A stretch of 64,000 nucleotides of DNA, from NCBI GenBank assembly GCA_047718535.1, contig JBDNRH010000010.1:2851-66850 (forward strand), written 5' to 3'. Shown piece after piece: positions 31,303 to 41,124 of this stretch. The stretch is from Sporolactobacillus sp. GTDB lineage: Bacteria > Bacillota > Bacilli > Bacillales > Sporolactobacillaceae. Under the pieces are notes generated by a model. That model saw only the letters and a program-made list of their open reading frames with translations, searched no databases and was not told the DNA's origin. The stretch's first letter is position 1; every line of letters starts with the position of its first letter. Position numbers and translations under genes: made by a program.

Positions 31303-31531
31303 AATTCAATCCTCCTCATCCGACGTTGACGATTATCTTTTGATTTTAACCCTTTTTTATCCCTATAATAAGATTATAACCAAAAAAGGAGCGAGCGAAT
31401 GAAACGTTTAAAGTACCAAATAGGCAATCATAGTTTGAACCAACAGCTTCATAACTGGCGAATGACAGAACACCATGATCGCGTCCATTTTATTTTCTTT
31501 ATTCGTTACGGAAGGCGGTTAGCTACTAATA

Positions 31532-32434
31532 ATGACAAGTCATCAATCTGAATCTGCCACTCCCCGAGTTAACAATGACCGTCCGCGTCTGTCCTGGACT
31601 CATTTTGCCGCACGCGTCTTGCTGATTGCCATCGGCGTTACGCTTGAAGCCGTTGCCCTGGAAATTTTCCTCGTGCCGAATAATATTATCGATGGCGGTG
31701 TTGTCGGGCTATCTATTATGTCAGCACATCTTTCCGGCTGGCCGATCGGTATTTTTCTCATTATAATCAATATCCCTTTCTTCATTGTCGGCTATAAACA
31801 AATTGGCAAAACATTCACAGTCACCTCTGCATGTGCCGTTGCCCTGCTTGCCTTTCTTACGGCATTGTTTGGGCCAATTCACCGTTTTACAAGCGATCCA
31901 CTGCTCGCTGCAGTTTACGGCGGCATTATCATGGGCATTGGCGTCGGGCTTGTCGTTCGTCATGGTGGATCATCGGACGGAACGGAAATACTGGCCGTCG
32001 TGTTTAACGAAAAGACACCATTCTCGGTCGGTGAAGTCGTATTATTCGTCAATATTTTCATCATTGCACTCGCTGGATTCGTATTCAATTGGAATTCGGC
32101 GATGTATTCCTTGATTGCCTATTTTATCGCCTACAAGATGATTGATATTACAAGTGAGGGTCTCGATTCATCGAAGGCAATATGGATTATTAGCGATTTG
32201 CATCAGGAGATTGGGGACGCCTTGAATGACCGTCTCGGCCGCGGCGTCACCTACCTCAACGGCGAGGGCGCTTATACGGGCAATGATAAGAATGTCATCT
32301 TCACTGTGATTAATCGCCTTGAGGAGGCAAAGGTTAAGAAGATTGTTGACTCCATTGATAAAGACGCCTTTCTCGCGATCGGTGATATTCACGATGTCAA
32401 AGGCGGCCGCTTTCGCAAACGCAGTATTCATTGA
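31532..32434 (+). CDS. YitT-family membrane protein (DUF2179 C-terminal domain)
   Basis: NNIIDGGVVGLSIM and GGSSDGTEIL motifs are typical of the YitT family. There is no good RBS of its own. Confidence 0.85.
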   Translation: MTSHQSESATPRVNNDRPRLSWTHFAARVLLIAIGVTLEAVALEIFLVPNNIIDGGVVGLSIMSAHLSGWPIGIFLIIINIPFFIVGYKQIGKTFTVTSACAVALLAFLTALFGPIHRFTSDPLLAAVYGGIIMGIGVGLVVRHGGSSDGTEILAVVFNEKTPFSVGEVVLFVNIFIIALAGFVFNWNSAMYSLIAYFIAYKMIDITSEGLDSSKAIWIISDLHQEIGDALNDRLGRGVTYLNGEGAYTGNDKNVIFTVINRLEEAKVKKIVDSIDKDAFLAIGDIHDVKGGRFRKRSIH

Positions 32435-32477
32435 GTGTATAGAAAATTTATGGAAACAGTCCTATTCACGCCATTTT

Positions 32478-32530
32478 AACTCGGCAGTTGAAGCCTATTT
32501 CGAATAGTGTTTCAATTGCCGAGTTTTTCA
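32478..32530 (+). terminator. Terminator after the yitT-like gene
   Basis: AACTCGGCAGTTGAA ... TTCAATTGCCGAGTT followed by TTTTT. Confidence 0.7.
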
Positions 32531-32538
32531 TCACGATA

Positions 32539-32594
32539 AAGTGACACTGATGTCGTTTTATGATATGCTTTTAAAAACGACAATGGTGTCACTT
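32539..32594. promoter_or_regulatory. Pair of inverted 21-nt sites, candidate TetR operator(s) upstream of the MFS-tetR operon
   Basis: AAGTGACACTGATGTCGTTTT (32539-59) and AAAACGACAATGGTGTCACTT (32574-94) are reverse complements at 18 of 21 positions. Each contains GACA-N4-TGTC. Confidence 0.45.
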
Positions 32595-32608
32595 AAAAAG
32601 AGGCGTTT

Positions 32609-33877
32609 ATGATGAATTTGATTAACTTCGCAAGAACAAACCGTTCATTCCTTTTTCTGATTACTGCTCAATTTATTTCCAATATCGGTGACTGGCTCTA
32701 TTTACTCGCTCTATTTGCTTGGATTGCCATCAAGTGGCAAGGACAGCCGCTAGCAATATCCGGGCTGATGCTCTGCATGATGTTGCCCTCCATCCTCTGC
32801 GGCTCATGGGCGGGTTCACTAGCTGATCGCTATGCGCGCAAACAGGTGATGATTACTGCCGATCTTATCCGTGCATGCCTCGTTGCTTCTCTTCTGTTGA
32901 CACATTCTTTATGGCAGGTCTACTTGATTGTCACGTTGGAAAGCCTTGTCTCCACCTTTTTTGAACCAGCGAAGCAAGGTAAATTAAAAGAACTCATTCG
33001 TGATGCGGACTTGCAGCAAGCGGTGGGTTTAAGCGAAATCATTACCAATGGGACTAAAATCTTGGGACCGGGATTAAGTGGATTTCTCGTCTCGCTCACT
33101 GGCATTAGCGACACACTCGCTTTAAACGCAGCATCTTTCATTGCGTCCGCGCTCATTCTGACTGCACTGCCAAGGTCGCCCAAAAATATAGCCGCGGAAA
33201 ATAAGTCAGCTGTCGCTACGACTACCAAACCCTTTAATCAGTGGATCAGCGGTTTTCTTTTAATCAAACGTACCCCTGTACTTTTAAATGGCATGCTGAT
33301 ATTTTCCTTAATGCTACTTACGCTGCAACTCGCTGACTCACAAACCATTATATTGCTCAGACAGCTTTCTCTGAAATCAATTAACCTACTCGGCTTTTGC
33401 ATGGCAGCAAGTGGTGCAGGATTGCTTCTGTCCGCACTCGTCCTGAGTACAGCTAAAAGTGGCAGACGTCTCTCGACATTATTCATAAGTCCGCTCATTC
33501 TGGGTGTCGGACTCCTTGCCACCGCTGTGTTCATCCATTTGCCAATTTCGTTCATTACAATTATTTACCCACTGATTTTCGCTGTCTGCGGTTTTTCATT
33601 TAATATGGCCGCCATCCCATTTAATGTACGTACGCAGCAGCTTACTAAATTAGAGGACACCGGAAAAGTTTTCGGTACAATCAATAGTGTAATGAATTTA
33701 GCAGCGATCATAGGTGTTACAATAGGGGGGGGAGTATCAGAGATCACAAGCGTACAAACTACATTCCTAATTTCCGGAGTCCTGCTCATTGTTGTCGGTA
33801 TCTTGGTAATACTGATCGGAAAAATAAAAATGAGAAACGAGGATACACGTGCCGAAAGTCACAAAAGTTCATTTTGA
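32609..33877 (+). CDS. MFS transporter (12 TMS)
   Basis: 422-aa polytopic ORF with an MFS motif (GSLADRYARKQVM). Confidence 0.85.
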   Translation: MMNLINFARTNRSFLFLITAQFISNIGDWLYLLALFAWIAIKWQGQPLAISGLMLCMMLPSILCGSWAGSLADRYARKQVMITADLIRACLVASLLLTHSLWQVYLIVTLESLVSTFFEPAKQGKLKELIRDADLQQAVGLSEIITNGTKILGPGLSGFLVSLTGISDTLALNAASFIASALILTALPRSPKNIAAENKSAVATTTKPFNQWISGFLLIKRTPVLLNGMLIFSLMLLTLQLADSQTIILLRQLSLKSINLLGFCMAASGAGLLLSALVLSTAKSGRRLSTLFISPLILGVGLLATAVFIHLPISFITIIYPLIFAVCGFSFNMAAIPFNVRTQQLTKLEDTGKVFGTINSVMNLAAIIGVTIGGGVSEITSVQTTFLISGVLLIVVGILVILIGKIKMRNEDTRAESHKSSF

Positions 33878-34472
33878 AAAGCAACGAAACGTCATTATTG
33901 ACGCAGCGATATCGGTATTTTGTCAAAAAGGATTTGAATTAACAACAATGACCGATGTTGTTGCAGCCAGCGGATTGAGCCGCGGCGGCGTCTACCGCTA
34001 TTTCCCCAATACCGAGTCAATGATGCAGGCCTTTTTGGAACGCGATTTACAAGAAGGTAACGATTATTTGGAACAGCTCATGCACCGCAGCACAATGCAG
34101 GAGGCCCTTTCCTGCTATCTATATGAAGTGGAGAAGAATTTGGACCCCTCTTCTACTATTGGCATTGCTATCTATGAATACTTTATTGGCGGCTATCGGA
34201 AGGCAGAAAGAAAGGCTTTTTTGCTGCATCGCTATCAACGTGCGCAAACTGCTTTATGCGCGCTACTCGCGAAAGGCGTGCACACAGGCGAATTTCATCC
34301 GCAACTGCCAATCGAATCCATCACTCGATTTATTATCAACGTATGCGACGGCCTCTATCTGGAAAGTCAATTGACGAGTCGTGTGGAAACAGGCTCCAAC
34401 GGACAGCTGGGCTCCTTGCGATTATATTTGACTGCTGTTTTACAGCTTGATCGGCCATTAGGTTCATGCTGA
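33849..34472 (+). CDS. TetR/AcrR-family transcriptional regulator
   Basis: N-terminal HTH FCQKGFELTTMTDVVAASGLSRGGVYRYF. GTG start overlaps the MFS 3' end. Confidence 0.85.
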   Translation: MPKVTKVHFEKQRNVIIDAAISVFCQKGFELTTMTDVVAASGLSRGGVYRYFPNTESMMQAFLERDLQEGNDYLEQLMHRSTMQEALSCYLYEVEKNLDPSSTIGIAIYEYFIGGYRKAERKAFLLHRYQRAQTALCALLAKGVHTGEFHPQLPIESITRFIINVCDGLYLESQLTSRVETGSNGQLGSLRLYLTAVLQLDRPLGSC

Positions 34473-34473
34473 G

Positions 34474-34510
34474 AAAAAGGGTTGAAGCTTAATCGCTTCA
34501 ACCCTTTTGT
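34474..34510. terminator. Bidirectional terminator between tetR and the convergent MFS gene
   Basis: AAAGGGTTGAAGC-loop-GCTTCAACCCTTT. Confidence 0.7.
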
Positions 34511-34521
34511 AGTCACTACTT

Positions 34522-35757
34522 TCAATGCATTTGCAGCTTATGCACCGGCAAATCCGAATGATCGCTATGTTTGAACGCAAGATGCTCGGAGAAAACAACC
34601 CAGCCAGCGTTGATGAACAGCAGACAGCTTGTCGTAAAGAAAACGAAAGAAATTCCTTCGGCTGCCGCCAAATGCGACCCGAGCAAAGACCCACCCAGTG
34701 TACCTAAAAATTGAAACGATTGATTATAGCCAAACAGACGTCCGGTAATGGCTGCAGGAGCCATTTTTTTCACAATTGAATTGATCGACGGCAGAATGCC
34801 TGCGGTCGCAAGCCCCAAGACAAAACGAAGAATGGTCAGCTGCCAAGGGTTCGTGACAAATGCTTGAGGAATAAACACGACACCCGTGAATAGAAGCGTT
34901 ACCGTAAGCACCTTTCGCGGCCCAATGCGATCAGATAATTTACCGAGATACGGCGCAGCCATGACGCTCGCCAACCCCGATGCGGCGACAACGATACCGG
35001 CAATTAATGCCAGATTCTTTGTCCCGGGATCGAGCAAGTGCACGTAAACCGTAATGATTGGCTGTATTGACATATTCGCCAGCTGCACCATGAAGGTGGT
35101 CATGAACATAGATACAATCAAACCGAAATGCGGCGTCATACCAACCATCTCACGAAAAGATGGCTGCTTGACTGTCTGCGCCTGAAAATGTTCCTCGACA
35201 AAGAAAAAGGCAGCCAAAAAGGCGCAAGCGAGCATGACGCTCGTATCGATAAAGACGAAACGCATACCCATTATTTGCGACAGGAAACCGCCGAGCAAAG
35301 GGCCGATTAGCATGCCTGCCACTGCCCCCGTCGACAGCATACCGAGCGCCCAACCAGAGCGCTCTTTAGGCGTTTGCGTCGCGACTAAAGTGATTGATGC
35401 AGGTATGAATCCGGAAACAAAGCCCATGATCGCGCGTAAAGCGAATAGCTCATAGACATTTTGAACAAAGGCCATGGCGAAAACGACAAGACACATACCG
35501 AGGCTGGCGCGCAGCAACATCGGTTTACGACCATACTTATCAGCAAGTTTTCCCCAAAGCGGTGAAACAAGGGCAGAAATCAAAAATGTCCCACCAAAAA
35601 CAAGTCCAGACCATTTCTCAATTTCAGCCGTACCATGAATTCCAAGCTGCCCAATATACAAGGGCAGAAACGGGATGATCTGACTCATGCCGGCAGCGGT
35701 CGCAAATGAACCGAACCAGCAAACGTATAAATTCTTTTTCCAAAGAGGTTGACGCAC
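34522..35757 (-). CDS. MFS multidrug-type transporter, MdtG-like
   Basis: The N-terminal region (KKNLYVCWFGSF...PFLPLYIGQLG...WSGLVFG..FL.SA..SP.WG.LADKYGRKPMLLR) resembles E. coli MdtG as recalled. GTG start. Confidence 0.82.
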   Translation of the reverse strand: MRQPLWKKNLYVCWFGSFATAAGMSQIIPFLPLYIGQLGIHGTAEIEKWSGLVFGGTFLISALVSPLWGKLADKYGRKPMLLRASLGMCLVVFAMAFVQNVYELFALRAIMGFVSGFIPASITLVATQTPKERSGWALGMLSTGAVAGMLIGPLLGGFLSQIMGMRFVFIDTSVMLACAFLAAFFFVEEHFQAQTVKQPSFREMVGMTPHFGLIVSMFMTTFMVQLANMSIQPIITVYVHLLDPGTKNLALIAGIVVAASGLASVMAAPYLGKLSDRIGPRKVLTVTLLFTGVVFIPQAFVTNPWQLTILRFVLGLATAGILPSINSIVKKMAPAAITGRLFGYNQSFQFLGTLGGSLLGSHLAAAEGISFVFFTTSCLLFINAGWVVFSEHLAFKHSDHSDLPVHKLQMH

Positions 35758-35968
35758 AAATAAAGCCTGCCTTTTATATTTTATATTTTGAAATCTATTC
35801 GTTGATTGATTAAGTGGATGAAATAATTTTTGATGTTTTGTCTGTTTATAAGATGCAATATCTATATTAATCCTGATTGTTTATCAATACAAATATATAT
35901 ATTATTATATAAAGATAGGTTGTAAACTATAAATAGTTCATATTTTTTATTGTAAAGGGTGTGATCAT

Positions 35969-36868
35969 GTGGAACTTTTGCAGCTTAAATACTTTCAAAC
36001 GGTTGCTCATTTAGAGCATATGACACGTGCCGCGCAAATGCTGTCGATCGCTCAGCCCTCACTGAGCCAAACAATCAAGCGGCTTGAAGATGAGATTGGC
36101 GTGCCACTGTTTGAACGCAATGGCCGGCATATCAAACTGAATCGTTACGGAAAAATTTTTCTCGATAAGACGGAGGCAGCATTTTCACTGCTTCAGGAAG
36201 CTCGTCAGCAAGTTAGCGATCTGGCCAATGTGAAAGAGGAGTCCATTTCCCTCGCCGTCATGCGGACGCCGCTGATTCCTGAACTGCTCAGTTCGTTTCG
36301 CAAACAGCATCCTTTTGTCCGTTTTCGTGTCAAGCAGATCTCGCGCCGCTTAATCAGCCAGCAGCTTGAGAGCGGTGAAGTCGATATTTGTATCTCACCC
36401 TATCCAAACCATGAAAATCATCTCTATCAGCACAAACTACTTCTAAATGACGAGATTTATTTAGTGGTGCCGAGGGGGCATCGTTTGGCGCAGAACAAAA
36501 GTGTCGATCTGCGCGATGTGGCGCATGAACCGTTCGTCCTTAAAGCAGATGGAGCCTTTCGCGAGACGACCGACAGCTATTGTCGAATGGCCGGGTTCCA
36601 ACCGGATATCGCTTTTGAAGTGGATGATCCGCTCTCTATCCGCGGGCTTGTCCGTGAGGGGCTAGGCATCGCTTTCTTCTCTTCACTAACCTTGCATACG
36701 ATTACTGATCGCTCGATTATTCCTTTAAAAATTACTCGCCCGCATTGCTATCGCACAATCACCGTGGCCTGGAATCCCAATCACTACCATCCACCCATCG
36801 TCAGACAATTCTATGCCTTCATTATTGATTATTTCGGCCGGTTAACTACCGATCTGACAAATGATTAA
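35969..36868 (+). CDS. LysR-family transcriptional regulator (divergent from the MFS gene)
   Basis: HTH LQLKYFQTVAHLEHMTRAAQMLSIAQPSLSQTIKRLEDEIGVPLFER. GTG start. Confidence 0.88.
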   Translation: MELLQLKYFQTVAHLEHMTRAAQMLSIAQPSLSQTIKRLEDEIGVPLFERNGRHIKLNRYGKIFLDKTEAAFSLLQEARQQVSDLANVKEESISLAVMRTPLIPELLSSFRKQHPFVRFRVKQISRRLISQQLESGEVDICISPYPNHENHLYQHKLLLNDEIYLVVPRGHRLAQNKSVDLRDVAHEPFVLKADGAFRETTDSYCRMAGFQPDIAFEVDDPLSIRGLVREGLGIAFFSSLTLHTITDRSIIPLKITRPHCYRTITVAWNPNHYHPPIVRQFYAFIIDYFGRLTTDLTND

Positions 36869-36871
36869 CAG

Positions 36872-36910
36872 AAAAAGCACGAGAAAGGGCTGCTGCCCCT
36901 CGTGCTTTTC
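36872..36910. terminator. Bidirectional terminator between lysR and the TerC-family gene
   Basis: AAAAGCACGAG ... CTCGTGCTTTT. Confidence 0.7.
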
Positions 36911-36935
36911 CATATGCTTTCAAAACCCTTTTCAT

Positions 36936-37634
36936 TCACACAATCTGATGCGTCTGTTCATGTGTACGGACCCTTTGTTTCCCTCGATAACCGAAGAACA
37001 GCACCGCAGCGATAATGAGTATAATGATCGGCCACTCTATCCAAGCGATGGTTCCGGGAATGAACTGGTGAACAAAATGCTCTGCAAAAATCATTTTTCC
37101 CGCCGTCAGCGCCAGAATAGCGGCACCGACATAAATCAGCCACTGATACCGATCGATCAGTTTCATGATAATCGCGCTTCCTCCCATCAGCAGTGGAACA
37201 CTGACAAGCAGCCCAAAGATGACAAGAAAAGGATCACTTTGCGCGGCACCGGCAACAGCCAGCATATTATCGAGACTCATCAATGCGTCAGCTATGATAA
37301 TCGTTCGAATCGCCGACCAGATATTGGTCGCCGACTTGACTTGTGCCGCTGGTTTGACTTGGGGCACAAGCAGCCTATAGGCAATTGCAATCAGAAGCAG
37401 GCCACCGATGAAATGCAGGCCTGGCACCATGAGCAGATAAACAACACTTATTGTACAGAGAATGCGAATGGCAATCGCGCCTATTGTCCCATATAAGACT
37501 GCCTTCTTCCGCTGCTCATGAGGGAGATGTCCGGCAGCAAGGGCGATGACGATGGCGTTATCACCGGCAAGAAATAAATCAATGCCGACGATGACAAGAA
37601 ATGAAGACCAAAACGCGAACGTGAAGATTTCCAT
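36936..37634 (-). CDS. TerC-family membrane protein (YkoY/MeeY-like, probable Mn export)
   Basis: DLFLAGDNAIVIA and SLDNMLAVAG motifs of the TerC family, preceded by a yybP-ykoY riboswitch. ATG 37634 follows GGAGG. Confidence 0.88.
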   Translation of the reverse strand: MEIFTFAFWSSFLVIVGIDLFLAGDNAIVIALAAGHLPHEQRKKAVLYGTIGAIAIRILCTISVVYLLMVPGLHFIGGLLLIAIAYRLLVPQVKPAAQVKSATNIWSAIRTIIIADALMSLDNMLAVAGAAQSDPFLVIFGLLVSVPLLMGGSAIIMKLIDRYQWLIYVGAAILALTAGKMIFAEHFVHQFIPGTIAWIEWPIIILIIAAVLFFGYRGKQRVRTHEQTHQIV

Positions 37635-37705
37635 AAAAAAACTGACCTCCATTCAAAGAGTAAAAGAAAAACAGCCCCTCGACCGTTGGTGGAAAGGCTG
37701 CCCAC

Positions 37706-37850
37706 AAAAAAAACCTTTGCCTTTTCATCCGTTCGAGGCAAAGGTCTCGCCTAGCAGCAAAAGCTGCCAAAGAATGCCGGGGCGGCTGGCGCCCGTAATG
37801 ACGACATTTCTCTTTCGGCTACTCCCCTTCAGAGAGTCTGATTCACTTTA
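37706..37850 (-). promoter_or_regulatory. yybP-ykoY (Mn2+) riboswitch with terminator
   Basis: Minus strand reads CTCTGAAGGGGAGTAGCCGAAAGAGAAATGTCGTC...GGCAGCTTTTGCTGCTAGGCGAGACCTTTGCC, the conserved GGGGAGTAG and GAGACCTTTGCC cores. Then CCTTTGCC...GGCAAAGG plus T8. Confidence 0.85.
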
Positions 37851-37855
37851 TAACT

Positions 37856-37885
37856 ATTATACTGTAAGGCTACCGAAAGCGTCAA
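37856..37885 (-). promoter_or_regulatory. SigA-type promoter of the Mn riboswitch/TerC unit
   Basis: TTGACG - 18 nt - TATAAT on the minus strand. Confidence 0.6.
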
Positions 37886-37899
37886 TAAGAACGCGCCTA

Positions 37900-38532
37900 T
37901 CACTCAAATAGATGATGCTGAAACGCGTAAACAGCAGCTTGCGTACGATCAGAGACATCGAGCTTATTGAAAATGCTGCTGACATGGGTTTTGACGGTTT
38001 TAATACCGATGAATAATAAACCAGCGATTTGAGTATTGGTCCTCCCCTCGGCAATCAGCCGCAGCACCTCTTTTTCTCTAGCGGTCAGCTGATCGTACAA
38101 GGTTTCTCCTTTCTGTACGCCCGCTACGAGTTTCTGGGCGACCTTACCGTCAATCACATTTTTGCCGGCATGGGCCTTCTCGATCGCAGCAATAATTTCC
38201 TCTCCAGAAGCCGTCTTCAGCAAATAACTCATCGCGCCCGCCTCAATCGCAGGAAACACTTGCGCGTCATCGTAATAACTCGTTAAGATAATGATTTTGA
38301 TTTGCGGACTGCGGGTTAAAATTGCCTTTGTTGCCTCAATCCCATTCCCGTCCTCCATGATTAAATCCATCAGAATCACTTCTGGATTGACGTCGGAATA
38401 GGTGGCTATTGCCTGATTGCCACTGCCTGCTTCGCCAACGACTGTCATCCGTTCCTCACTCGCAAGATAAGCTTTCAGTCCTTTACGTACCATCTCATGA
38501 TCATCGACAAGCATTACTCGAATGGTTTCCAC
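37900..38532 (-). CDS. liaR: NarL/LuxR-family response regulator, LiaR-like
   Basis: Receiver domain (MLVDDHEMV...DLIMEDGNG) plus LuxR HTH (LTAREKEVLRLIAEGRTNTQIAGLLFIGIKTVKTHV). Operon with LiaS and LiaF homologues. Confidence 0.85.
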   Translation of the reverse strand: METIRVMLVDDHEMVRKGLKAYLASEERMTVVGEAGSGNQAIATYSDVNPEVILMDLIMEDGNGIEATKAILTRSPQIKIIILTSYYDDAQVFPAIEAGAMSYLLKTASGEEIIAAIEKAHAGKNVIDGKVAQKLVAGVQKGETLYDQLTAREKEVLRLIAEGRTNTQIAGLLFIGIKTVKTHVSSIFNKLDVSDRTQAAVYAFQHHLFE

Positions 38533-38533
38533 A

Positions 38534-39565
38534 TCAAGTCATCTCCCTTTGAATCGGTACACGTATTCGTAACGATGTTCCCTCTTCAGCATGCGTTGCC
38601 AGTGTAAAAAAGCCACCAATCTCTTCCGCGCGTTCACGCATCGTCTTCAGCCCATACGAGGAAATTTTATCGACAGTCGGATCAAAGCCTTGACCATTAT
38701 CGTAAATATTCAGAACAACAGACTCATCGATGCGTGCGAGCGATACTTTGACTACACTCGCCTCTGAATGGCGCAGCGCATTAGACAACGCTTCCTGGCA
38801 TAAGCGAAATAAATGGTTCTCCACGCCTTTGCTTAGACAATCAATCGCCTGAATATCCGCTTCGAAACGCATAGGCGTTTTCCCCTTCAATTCATCAATG
38901 AGGCGTGTCAACCCTCGAGCCAGTGTCTCTCCAGAAAGGCGTACAGGACGGAGATGGAGCAAGAGCGCTCGCATTTCACCTTGCGCCTTGCGGGCAATAT
39001 TCGACACGTCAGCGATATTCTCTGCCGCGAGTTCAGGATTTTTCTGAATGGATCGTTCTGCCGCCGATGCGAGCATAGTCAAAGCAAATAATTGCTGACT
39101 GACTGCGTCATGCAAGTCGCGAGCCAGTCGCTGACGTTCCTCAGTTACCGCTTCATTTTTAACTTTTCCCATCATCTCAGCATTAACATTAACAAGCCGC
39201 TGCAGCGACTTCACTTGATGATCCAGTTTATCAGCCAGATCGTTGAGAGATTGTTCGATCGCTTTCCAATCACCATTCTCGTCCATAGTCAATCGTGCCG
39301 ATAATTTCCCAGATGTCAGCGTCTTAATAAACAAGTCAATTTCTTCCAAGCGTCCACGTTCCTGACGATAATTGCCTAAAGCCAGCCAGATTTCAATCGC
39401 GTATTGAAGGAAAAGCGTGCAGAAAGCGGCAATGCTGCCTACTGCCCACGGATTGCTAACCGGGAAGAAAACAAACAGCAGTTGAAGAACGAGAAACAGT
39501 CCGAACGAAGAAAAAATGCTAACAATTAATTGTTCGCTGAGCAATTTAAGTTTGTCATTAAGCAT
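38534..39565 (-). CDS. liaS: Sensor histidine kinase, LiaS-like (HisKA_3)
   Basis: Two N-terminal TMS, HAMP, H-box RLARDLHDAVSQQLF, HATPase_c. Confidence 0.8.
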   Translation of the reverse strand: MLNDKLKLLSEQLIVSIFSSFGLFLVLQLLFVFFPVSNPWAVGSIAAFCTLFLQYAIEIWLALGNYRQERGRLEEIDLFIKTLTSGKLSARLTMDENGDWKAIEQSLNDLADKLDHQVKSLQRLVNVNAEMMGKVKNEAVTEERQRLARDLHDAVSQQLFALTMLASAAERSIQKNPELAAENIADVSNIARKAQGEMRALLLHLRPVRLSGETLARGLTRLIDELKGKTPMRFEADIQAIDCLSKGVENHLFRLCQEALSNALRHSEASVVKVSLARIDESVVLNIYDNGQGFDPTVDKISSYGLKTMRERAEEIGGFFTLATHAEEGTSLRIRVPIQREMT

Positions 39566-39567
39566 CG

Positions 39568-40362
39568 TTACACCTGACTAATTCGCAAATCAATCACTTG
39601 AAATTCAAAGTCGAAATCCAGACGGCGTGTCGCTGTGTCGTAATCGGGGGTTTTATAACTGAAATCCCGGATTATCCCACTCTGCTTGTTCTTTCCAATC
39701 TTGGCGTCACCAAACCGCGCTTTCAAATGTAATTGAAACGCCATATCTTCGGGAATCGTGATTTTGACATCGCCGACCCAACCGCTCAGATGTATCGGAA
39801 TGGTTTCATCCGGCACAAACGCTTTCGTGAAATCAAACGAATAATTGCCGATCCGTGTCCGTTCATCCATCGGCTGTGCCATCCAATTGTCATTGTGAAA
39901 ATTCACGTCACTGACGCATTTATCAAAACCCGTCCAGTGCATAGAGCCTCTGGGTTGTGCCTCAGCAAACGAATGCTGATGGTGCCTTGGTCGATCTCCA
40001 TAGACTATCCGCTGGTGACTATGGGAATGGTGATGACCAAATAATAATGACAAGCCAAAATAGATAATCAAATAGGGCCATAGTTTCCAAAAGTCATTCC
40101 AGTGAAACACCAGCCTTCCCGTTTGATCGGCAATAAGCAGGCCGCCATAAATAACGAGCAGAAATCCCCAAAATGTCTGCGGCCTGCGCTTGTTCAATAA
40201 AGGAAGCACGAGCATCAGCAAACCTAATAAGAGAAACAGAAGTGGCACGAGGCGATTGTAATTATCAATCATTTCCGGGGAAATAAGATGAAGACTCTCC
40301 AGAAAAAAATAGATGCCAATGACAATAATGGCAAGTGCAGTTGCAAATTTACCGAAAGACAT
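39568..40362 (-). CDS. liaF: LiaF-like cell-envelope stress module protein (DUF2154)
   Basis: N-terminal TM cluster plus a C-terminal beta-rich domain, directly upstream of liaSR. ATG 40362 follows AAAGGA. The ORF is open to 40455. Confidence 0.72.
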   Translation of the reverse strand: MSFGKFATALAIIVIGIYFFLESLHLISPEMIDNYNRLVPLLFLLLGLLMLVLPLLNKRRPQTFWGFLLVIYGGLLIADQTGRLVFHWNDFWKLWPYLIIYFGLSLLFGHHHSHSHQRIVYGDRPRHHQHSFAEAQPRGSMHWTGFDKCVSDVNFHNDNWMAQPMDERTRIGNYSFDFTKAFVPDETIPIHLSGWVGDVKITIPEDMAFQLHLKARFGDAKIGKNKQSGIIRDFSYKTPDYDTATRRLDFDFEFQVIDLRISQV

Positions 40363-40618
40363 CGCGGTCAATCCTTTCTGAGTCAAGCTATAACCGAAAT
40401 TTGCTTGATCCAATCTCATACCCCTACTATACAGGGCAGAACGCATCATTTCCACCGCCTCAAATCCCTATTTTTCTCCGTCTTGAGTCCTACCTGTTTT
40501 AATTGTGAACAAGCCGTGACAGTGAAGCATTATTTTATCATTATTATGTGATAAGGTTTATTATTAAAAGGAAGCGGGTAATCTTAAAAATGTAATTTAA
40601 TTGAAGGAGTGTTTGTCG

Positions 40619-41053
40619 ATGGATGCAAAACTTAGCGCATTGGTTGAGGGATTGAATAATGATTTAGCTGGTGAATATTCTGCGGTCATTCAGTACACCT
40701 ATTATGCGACGACAGTCGCCGGTCTCAATTACGAAATTCTCAAGCCTTTCTTTGAAGAAGAAATTCCTGATGAATTAGGCCACGCCGCTTATCTTTCAGA
40801 AAAGATTGCTAATCTTGGTGCTGAACCCGTGACTGTGCCTGCTCCGGTTGCAAAAGCAACCGACGCCAAAGCGATGCTTGAAGGAGCAAAAGCAGCTGAG
40901 GCACAGACATTGGTGAATTATAAAGAACGCCGCAGCCAGGCTCAGGAACTCGGCATGATTGAACTTGTTGTTAAGCTTGAAGATATGATCAGCGATGAGC
41001 AGAATCATTTGGAAAAACTGACGAAGATTCTAAAAGACCCTGTTTTCGCCTAA
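40619..41053 (+). CDS. Ferritin-like domain protein (bacterioferritin/Dps superfamily)
   Basis: LNNDLAGEYSAVIQYTYYA...DELGHAAYLSEKI...DEQNHLEKL: di-iron ligand pattern E..H repeated. ATG 40619 follows GAAGGAG. Confidence 0.7.
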   Translation: MDAKLSALVEGLNNDLAGEYSAVIQYTYYATTVAGLNYEILKPFFEEEIPDELGHAAYLSEKIANLGAEPVTVPAPVAKATDAKAMLEGAKAAEAQTLVNYKERRSQAQELGMIELVVKLEDMISDEQNHLEKLTKILKDPVFA

Positions 41054-41063
41054 TTTTTCAATT

Positions 41064-41106
41064 AAAAAGGAGCTGACCTGTTGTGCACAGGTCAGCTCCT
41101 TTTTAT
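41064..41106. terminator. Bidirectional terminator between the ferritin-like gene and ecsB
   Basis: AAAAGGAGCTGACCTG-loop-CAGGTCAGCTCCTTTT. Confidence 0.75.
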
Positions 41107-41124
41107 TAAACCATATTTTCTCAA

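Noticed and set aside
36861-37496. 211-aa plus-strand ORF opposite the TerC-family gene
   Set aside because: It is an antisense shadow of a well-supported membrane protein gene. It has odd composition (Q/N/R/C-rich), no RBS, and it starts inside the lysR stop region.
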